Source: Eledone cirrhosa
Taxonomy: Eukaryota
Direction of reading: 5' to 3'
Assembly (NCBI GenBank): GCA_964016885.1
Contig: OZ024744.1
Span: 67,456,001 to 67,520,000, forward strand
Length of the DNA stretch: 64,000 bases
Part shown: positions 54,820 to 64,000 of the stretch, piece after piece
How the letters are laid out: the number at the start of each line of letters is the position of its first letter
How positions within the stretch are numbered: position 1 is the first letter of the stretch
Translations under genes and position numbers: made by a program
The notes under the pieces: generated by a model
The model's database searches: none
Seen by the model: only the letters and a program-made list of their open reading frames with translations
Told to the model about the DNA's origin: nothing

Positions 54820-55050
54820 GCCAGTGCTTATTCCACTTTCCTTGGTGTTAAGTGACTGAGAGTACACTACTCCCCTCTGGACTGTACACCATTCCATCGC
54901 AAGGTAAAACACCCTGCTATTCAGTAAATTGGAGCAACGTGAAATAAAATGCTTTCCTCAAGAACACAACACACAACTTGATCCAAGAATTGAACCCATG
55001 ATGTTATAATTGTAAGTCCAACATACTTATCACTAGACCATGCAACTTCA
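54820..55050 (-). mobile_element. tRNA-derived SINE (family B), decayed
   Basis: Reverse complement of the 31575 copy. Confidence 0.65.
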
Positions 55051-55546
55051 CATACTTTGGTATGGACCATGCTATGCATCACTGGTCTACTTTGTATCAT
55101 TAAAAAAAAATGAAATAAAAAAAATATAACAACAGGCTTTTTACTACATAATCAGAAACTATTTGATCTCAGAACAGTTGTTGAACATTTATAAAGGAGA
55201 GGTATGACTCATATAAGAAGAACACTGCTTACATATTTGGGATGGAACAACTGTTAGATATGTACAAACAAACAGTTTATACTACAGTCACTACAGTCAG
55301 ATATCTAGGAAATCATCATCACACTACAGCCTTCCTATCAATTAAAAATGTACAAACACACATACACATACGCATACATACACTCATACACACACACATA
55401 CTCATACACACACACTCATACACACACGCGAAACACACATACACAACACACACAAAATACACAAACACACACACAAACATAGATAACACACACAAAACAC
55501 ACATGCACAACACACACTCAAACAGAACACACAAAACACACACAAT

Positions 55547-55595
<49 letters not shown>

Positions 55596-56003
55596 GAGGG
55601 GTAGAGAGAAAGAAAGATAAATAGAAAGAGAGAGAGAGAGGTGAAGAGAGAAAGCGAGAGAGAGATAGAAAGAAAGAGAAAGTGGGAGAGAGCGAAGAGA
55701 GGGGGGGGGGGGGGGCAAGCTAAAGTCTTTATAAATGCTAGAACATATAGAATTCTCTCTTTGTATTTTATTAAACCTTTTAGCAATCTCTAAACAGCTG
55801 ATAACCACAGAGAAGGGATTCATTGGTAACCAACTCAGGATCCTTTGTAATAATATATGTAAACATAGGGAATTGTCAAGGATTGTAAACCTCACTGAAT
55901 ATTGGTGTGTGTATTAGAAATGCACACGCACACACACACACACCACACACACATTCTCTTTCTCTCTCTCTTTCACCATATTTTTTTCTCACTCTCTCAC
56001 TCA

Positions 56004-56032
<29 letters not shown>

Positions 56033-56034
<2 letters not shown>

Positions 56035-57172
56035 CGGAGGGCTGGGGATGCCGTGATTGACGATGCGCAAACACGCGCTCAGGCTGCGGCATCTCTACGT
56101 ATTCCTCACCGGACAACCCGTGTGGGCCTCGTTCGTGAGGCGAGCCTTCCCACGACTCGTCTCGCTGACCGAGCTGCAATCCTGGGTCAAGCAAAGACCG
56201 AGGAAAATGGGTGACTGGCACATCGAATGTGCTCAGGCGCTCACAGCCCTCTGGCAGGCGGACCCGGCGATCAGTGGAGACTCCACTTCGTCAATCTATA
56301 GAGGGTTGATCCGCAGCAAGTGCGACGACGCGCTCGGTGAAACTCTAAGCGTAGAGGAAGATGAACTGGCCAGTCTGTTCGGTAGGAACTTCCGCCCGGG
56401 ACCGATGGACAACTTCCAAAAGTCCCTGGCCTGGCAGTGCTACCGAGGAGCTCTACCAGTTCGAGACAAGCTCTACAGACATGGGCACCCGGGCAGGGAC
56501 CCTGCAAAAAAGATCTGTCCGAGGTGCGTGCCAGACGAAGAAACCGTCGCACACGCATTCATACACTGCCCGGGCGTCACCAATCTGTGGGGCTATGTAA
56601 AACGACTATTGTCGCGGGTGGGACCAATCCGATTGACCACCGAGTCCATTGTCATGATCAAACCGCCACCCTCCTTCAAAAACGAAGGAGAGGCGGTTTT
56701 CCTTTGTGTTATAGCTATGGCGAAAGAGGTTGTATGGTGGACAAGGTTGAAAGGGCTGAGGTCAGACACCTTTCTCTCTGGCCAACAACTGATTCTTTTT
56801 TCAAATACCACTTTGGAAGAAGAATCAGGATGGAGAGAGAAGTGCTGTACCCCAGCAAGTTTTATGAAAGGTGGGTGAAAGTGGCGAGAACGACCCGAGT
56901 GAATGGGCCTTATCTCTATATCAGCCTGTAGGTTGAGGAAAAGGAGGAGGAGAGGAAAGGAGTACAAACTCTTCGTACTCCTGGAGATGAGGTTTTCACA
57001 TTTTTTCGGGGGTATGTGTTACCCATATCAACTGTCTCGCCCTATTGGGGAAAATCGACTAATTTTTTAAATTGCATTTGTGATAATATTTTACACGTTT
57101 TTTATTGTATGTAAACTTCCCCCCCTTGTATTTGTCACCTTCTTTTGTGCTCATGTGGCTAATAAAGAAACA
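56033..57172 (+). mobile_element. 5'-truncated Tx1/L1-clade LINE (ORF2 C-terminus and 3' UTR)
   Basis: GGLGMP, SLAWQCYRGALPVRDKL, CPRCVPDEETVAHAFIHC; ends gtggctAATAAAgaaa; (TATC)n on both sides. Confidence 0.9.
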
Positions 57173-57209
57173 TATCTATCTATCTATAAATCTATCTATA
57201 TATCTATCT

Positions 57210-60200
57210 CTCTTGGTAGCTGGACGCACTTTATTTACAAAAAACAGAATTTCTTGTTTAAAAAAACGCATTGTTTTGTAGATTAACTCCCAGGCTGAAT
57301 TGTCAGTTGGGTGGCAATCTCATTTAATTTGAAATCAATTTGAAAACTGTTAAAAATGTTTAATATTTTACCATCAGCTATGGCAAGCGTTCAAAGAACG
57401 CGAGCGAACGTTGAAGAAGGAAAAAGAAAAGAAGAAATAGACTTTAACGTTTCTGAGAACTTTGCCTGTATCGATGTAGTTGACAACAAAGTTTTGTGTA
57501 ACGAAAGTGAAGTAGACAACACAAACAAAATTGAATCACAGAGTGAACCACACAGTATACAACATACACTGAAATCAACAGAAAAAACAATTGACACAAC
57601 TACAAACGGAAAAGCCGACAACCACAACAGCAACAACAACAACACACAAAAAATAACTTTTACAAAAACAGTCACAAATAATAATTGTTTCTACTTTTGG
57701 CACAAGGCCAGCAATTAACCACTGTATTACTGGTACAAATAATAATAACGTTACTTCTAACTCCGCATGTATTGGCGTCACCATGGAAACCAATATGGAC
57801 AACAAAAATAAAAACAAGATCGAACCACACATGATGGTACAACAGACACCAAAAACAACAGAAAATAAAACCATTGACACAACTACAAACGGAAAACCCG
57901 ACAACCATAACAACAACAATAACAACAACACCAAAAAAACTTTTGCGCAAACAGTCACCAAGGCACAAAAGTTCAAGGATCTCGATATCTCCAATGCGAA
58001 ACAGATGCTCTCTGAAGCAAAGGAGTTTATCACTTTCGGTGAAAACGAGGGATTTCAGATAAACTCATTCCCAGAAATTCGTCTGGAAACATTTAGAAGG
58101 ACAATTACCTTCAGAACTGTTTCAAATGAAACAAAGCGACCAGCATTCCTCAGTCAAGGGGAAATTGAAGCAACATTGAAGGAGATATTGCCAGACATTG
58201 ACTTTATGCAGAGGGCCAAACAATACTGGAGTATTTCGGTACTCTTCAAAAGCGAGGCCCTTGCACAAAGATACTCAGTGACGCCTATACTGTCACAAAA
58301 ATACACCTTTTTCCCTACATACCTGGGAAAAAGGTCACAAAAGATTAGAGTTTCAAACATACCACCAAATATTAATATTTGGTGGATATTGGCCATATTT
58401 TTAGAGGAGAGAAAAGACACCATTCTCTCCATCAAAACGTCAACCAGACACACCTGGTCTGGTACAAATTTGGAGATTCTGGTGCAAATGAGCCCGGAAA
58501 GAATCTCCAAAATACTATAAAAAGTGGTGGTGGACAACAACAGCCACATAAACATTTCGGTGGAGGGACGACAACCACATTGCTTTCGTTGCAATAGCAC
58601 CACACACCTAAAGGCATCCTGCCCTTTACAAACACGCTCAACCAAAACAATACAAAAGAAAACACTGTTACCAACACCAAAACAACCACCAACATAACAA
58701 CTCACGAAACAAGCAAACACACCAAAACAAACAGCCACTCAACCAACAACAACAGAAAAAACACAGACAACACCCCATCTCACTCCATGAAACACTACCA
58801 CAAACACACACACCGAAACACCACCACCACATAACATATCCCTACCCTACACTCCTCACTCCTCACGATTATTCCACAACAGATGAGGCTGCTTCTCCTT
58901 CTTTAAGTGAAGAAGAAGGAGAGTCTTGGAAATCAAAAAAACTAAAAAAGACACACCACAAAACACCCAAAACATCAATCACCAACACCAACACACAACC
59001 ACAGACACAAACAACACCACAGTCAAACATCCTCCTACCAGCAAAACCAACACCAACACTGCCCTAAACGCAAGCACCCACCATAAAAGAAAAACTCCCG
59101 GACGAACAACAAACTAAAACAACACAACAAAAACAAAAAAAAAAACAATACGCATACATCAACACAAACAAGAAGAGTTTGATGGAGGTCATCTCCCAAA
59201 ACCCCAAGGTGGAGACGGATCGCAAAACTTTCGTCAAAGCAGAATCGTCTCCACACCTAAAACTAATAAGGGTTTCGATAGAAACCTATCAGAAATTGAA
59301 AAGGTAAGTGCACCTTTTCATCCTTTTCGCCAACTCTTCTCCACCAACATGGCTAGTTTACGAGTTGGAAGCGTGAATGTGTGTGGCCTAGTGATGCCCT
59401 GGAAACAGGGCCAACTTTTAAACGACCTTAGATCCCACAGTATGGATATGATAGCCATCACCGAGTCCAGGATCCACAACAGGCAGCAACTAACCCCCAT
59501 CTTCGACGACTTTGAGATCTACGAATCTCTCTGTCAGTCAGGAGGTGGAGGTGGAGTGGCTGTCATGTTTCGGAAGAACCTGGACGTCGAAGTACAGCAA
59601 GTACACTTGGACCTGGAGGGTAGACTGGTAGTCCTAAACGTGAACAGTATTGGAGGTGGAGCCTTCAGACTGGTGGCCGTTTATGCCTCGACCGAGCAAT
59701 ACCAATCACGGCCAAATTCTTTAAGCGTCTAGAGTCTTTTCTGGGAACGTCACGCTCCTTAATTTTAGTGGGGGACTGGAATGGTATCTTATATGCACGC
59801 TGGGACTATGTGGGAGCATATCCCAGTAGAAGGGGTGCAACAGCCTCAAAACTTTAATCGGCCAATTCCTACTGGCCGATAGGTATCGACTGGATTTCCC
59901 GACTGCACCACAGTGGACGTGGGCAAACTTCAGCGGGATATCTAGATCGTATTTAGATAGGTTCTTCATTAGAGAAAGGGACACGGAGATGTTAAGCTGT
60001 CCACGAATGCACATGTTTGCCTATTCAGATCACAAATTAGTCGTCTGCATAGTCAACCGTGACAGAACATATAGACAGGGACCCGGATACTGTAAGCTGA
60101 ACGCGTCGCTGCCGGCACGTAAAGCTTACAGTGAACGGATACGTAGACTAGTCAAGCAACAGTTAACGGGAGCCATTGTCAACAATAGATGGTGGTACTC

Positions 60201-63030
60201 TCTCAAGAAAGCAATTAGAGTAGAATCGATAGAGTTTAGCAGAGAGTTAGCCTTAGAGGAAAACAAAATAGAAAGAGAACTAGTAGCCAAGGTAGAGGAG
60301 GCACTTAGAAGTGGCAACGCGGCTAGATTGTTAGCGTCGAGAACGGCACTGGACCAGTTCTTCGATGCGAAACACGAAGGCTGCGTGGTCAGAAACAAAA
60401 CACGTGCTCTAGGAAACGAAGGAGCGAAAGCTGTCAGCTGGGCCCGAGTGGCGGGGGGCAAAAAGTGGCAACAAGTCCACGATTCGGTCTTTGAAAGACC
60501 AAAACGGACGCGTGCTACTTGACCCCAAGCAAATGTGCGCGGCCTTTAAGCAGCACTTTGCGCGACTGTTTGAGCAGAATGATGGTGAGCCGAACCGAGT
60601 AATGGACTTTAGTTCATACCTCAACGGCCTGCCGCGTCTCTCGAACACAGACGCCGAGTTCTGCGAAAGACCGATCACGGACACTGAGATACGGGACGCT
60701 CTGGACCGCTGTGGGAAACGCAAGTCACCCGGTCTAGATGGTCTACCCTATGAGTTTTACATAGGCATGCCGGACTTGTTCTCTGGGTATCCTCGAAGCC
60801 GTCTACTGCAATTGGCAGCAGAACAGGAGAATTCCCAGTTCTGCAGGCAAGGGTGTAGTAACGCTGATCAGGAAAGATGAGAACAAGGGGGACGAAATTA
60901 ACAACTTCAGGCCCATAACTCTGCTCAACACAGAGTTAAAGATTTTGGACAAGGTGCTAGCGACGAGGTTGGGGCTTGTCGTCGAGAATCTGGTAGGGAA
61001 AGCGCAAACGTGTGCAATCCCGACCAGGTCCATACACGACAACCTCCACCTCATGCGATACATCATAGAGGGGTGGGGAGTAAACCCGGCTTCGGTGGGG
61101 CTCTGATCAATTTGGATCAGTCTAAGGCATTCGATAGGGTCGACCATCGACACTTGGAAGCGGTTCTCAAGGCGGCCGGTTTCGGTCCCGTTTTCAGAGG
61201 CTGGATCGAGGTGATGCACACCTGCATCTGCTCGATGGTCAAGGTGAACGGCTACCTATCGGAGCCGTTCGCAATCACGCGTTCCATTCGACAGGGGTGC
61301 CTTCTCTCCTCCATTCTGTATGTATTGACTCTAGAGCCACTACTGCGGAAATTGGAGCTGTTGCAGGGCATCGCTCTAGAACCGGGACTGCGCAAAGCGG
61401 CGTCGGATTATGCCGACGACGTGACGGTAATGGTGTACAGCACCTCGGAAATCGGGGTGATTGGCAACTTACTGAAAGAATACGAAACGCTGACGGGAGC
61501 AAAACTAAACCCGGACAAGTCTGTCGGTTTGCAACTCGGTACGTGGAGAGGCAAACCGATGACGTCCGACAGCGTCGTTGGACGCTGGACGGACGGACCG
61601 GTGAAATTTCTCGGGGTCTGGTTCCGTCCAGACCTCCAGGAGGAGAAAAACTGGAACGAGATCACGGCCAAGGTGTTTGCACTCACCCAGAAGTTGGCAG
61701 AGTGCAAACTGTCCTTAAAAGGTCGAGCGGAGGTGGCGAACACTTTCATAGCGTCCGTCATCTACTACCGCTTGACTGTCGTGCCTTGTCCCCATGAACA
61801 CCTCGCCAAGATGGAACGCATGCTCTTCCAGTTTCTGTGGAAGAAGCAGGCTCCAATGGTGAGGAGATCCGTCTGCTGTCAGCACCTTTCCAATGGAGGG
61901 CTGGGAATGCCGTGGTTGATGATGCGCAAACATGCGCTGAGGCTGCGGCATCTCCAGGTATTCCTCACCGACCCCCAACCGGTGTGGGCACCGTGTGTGA
62001 GGCAGGCTTTCCCGCACCTCGTCTAGCTGACGGAGCTGCAGTCCTGGGTCAAGAGAAGACCGAAAACGATGGGCGCCTAGCACAATAAATGCGCTCAGGC
62101 GCTCACAGTCCTCTGGCAAGCGGGTACAGCAATCAGTGGAGACTCCACTTCGACATTCTATAGAGGGATTGTACGTTATAAGGGCGACGACGTGCTCGGA
62201 GAGATTCTGGGGGTCGAAGACGATGAGCTCTCCAGTCTGTTTGGTAGGACTTTCCGCCCGGGACCTATGGACAACTTCCAGAAGTCCCTGGACTGCCAGT
62301 GCTACCGAGGAGCTCTACCGGTTCGTGACAAGATCTACGGGCACGGACGCCCCGGCAGAGATCCTTCCAAGAGGACGTGTCCAAGATGCGCGCAGGACAT
62401 TGAAACAGTCCTGCACGCAATTGTACACTGCGCGGGCGTAACCGACCTGTGGAACTATGCAGAACAACTGCTGTCGCGTATGGGACAAATCCAGTTGACT
62501 GCTGAGTCCATAGTAAGGATCAAACCACCAGACTCTTTCAAAAACGAAAGAGAGGCGGTTTTCCTCTGTACGGTGGCTATGGTGAAAGAAGTTATATGGT
62601 GAGCGAGGTTGAGAGAACTGAGGACAGATGCCTTTCTCTCCGGACGACAATTGATTCCCTTCTTTAAGTATCACTCTAGAAGGAAAATCAGAGTGGAGAG
62701 AGAGGCACTGCACCCCAGTGAATTTACTGAAAGGTGGGTTAATGTGGCAAAAATGGCCCGAGTGATTGGGCCTTCTCTGTTTATAAGCCTGTAGGTTAAA
62801 GAAGAGAGCAAAAGGAAGAAAGGAGCACTTGCACAACACGCTCCTGAAGTTGAGGGTTGTTCTATCGACGGGGTATTAAACAACTCATTTGTGCCGCCTC
62901 CCCCCTATTGGGTATTTCGATTGTTATAATTGTTTGTTTTATATTTTTTACACGACTGTATGTAAAATCCCTGGCATGTCTTTGTATTGTCCCCTTTTCT
63001 TGTGCGCCCTTGTGGCTAATAAAGAAATAT
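57210..63030 (+). mobile_element. Full-length Tx1/L1-clade LINE: ORF1 (~57356-59306) and ORF2 (59349-62794), both disrupted
   Basis: ORF1 SISVLFKSEALA, PTYLGKR, knuckle CFRCNSTTHLKASC; ORF2 LRVGSVNV, AITES, YSDHK, DQSKAFDRVDH, YADDVT, CPRCAQDIETVLHAIVHC; ends gtggctAATAAAgaaa. Confidence 0.93.
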
Positions 63031-63273
63031 ATCTATCTGTTGGTCTATCTATTTATCGATATCTTCACCACACATTTGACATTGTTAATGTCAAATGTGT
63101 GGTGCTATTTATGTCCAACAGATATTACCCATTCGAATATCTATACCTTACTTTTAAAAATCTGATGGGGATTGATGCCAGGAAGGATATACAACTATAC
63201 AACTCTGTTTCAAATGGTATCTTGCAATTCCTGCCTGCATGGAAAAATTGACTCAAAAGTGAAGATAATATAT

Positions 63274-63367
<94 letters not shown>

Positions 63368-64000
63368 TTAGTTATACTATTTATGGTTATGTAAATACAA
63401 AACCTTATGCAGTTATAAGTATTTTACACACACCCTAAATAGTGGTAGGCAGTAATGTATTACTACCTTATTACCAGTAAGTTAAGTAGCTCAATGTAAA
63501 AACATCAGATGATTTACAGAGCAGTTATATGAAATATAAGAATCAAAGAACTGTTCAAAACATTATTGTGCTTACAGCTGTTTCCTCCAAACCGAGGTTT
63601 GGATTCTTCGGTGCAATTTAGTAATGCATGGACAGTTATATGACCTCCTTTTCAGCCGATACATATTCAAACATTGATACATATTCAAACATTGTGGGTC
63701 AACATTCATTACAGAATTTAGAGTGGCAGTACACACTTCGAGATTACATTTATATTAAGAGGTACAATCAAAAATCAAAAATACAGGTTAAAATACATGA
63801 AGATAAGCGGTTATATAGTGCAAATGTTATATGTGTGGCACGCATGTGCGTCTTGTTTATATAGTGTGGCAGAGAGATATGTGTGGTAGAGGCACTTAGG
63901 TAGGTAAACAAGAGTGTTAGGTTGGTAGATCTGGTGGCATATTCTTTATATGATTGAAGTCTGTGTGTGGAGAAATATTATAAGCATTAAAAATAGTGCA

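Overview
This is AT-rich, microsatellite-saturated eukaryotic DNA with no intact host gene visible. Its repeat content is most consistent with an octopus/cephalopod genome, which is an inference from the SINE, RTE and Penelope repertoire. The window is a nest of transposons: Penelope-like elements of the Naiad type (one near-intact at 22.1-25.3 kb, two remnants), three Tx1/L1-clade LINEs (one full length), a full-length RTE LINE plus fragments and bipartite derivatives, Gypsy, CRE and CR1 remnants, four non-autonomous Helitrons, MITEs, tRNA-derived SINEs, several satellites, and a processed pseudogene of the DZF-domain gene ZFR. The most interesting layer is non-coding. A set of short elements, mostly fold-back or terminally repeated and all embedded in (TA)n tracts, carries type I hammerhead ribozyme folds: canonical ones at 42.9 and 44.3-44.5 kb, partly decayed ones at 2.7, 25.4 and 47.5 kb. 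Two Penelope 3' end families carry an atypical 'CAGA'-core hammerhead-like fold that coincides with a 3' splice-site-like sequence. All folds were paired by eye; none was computed or tested.
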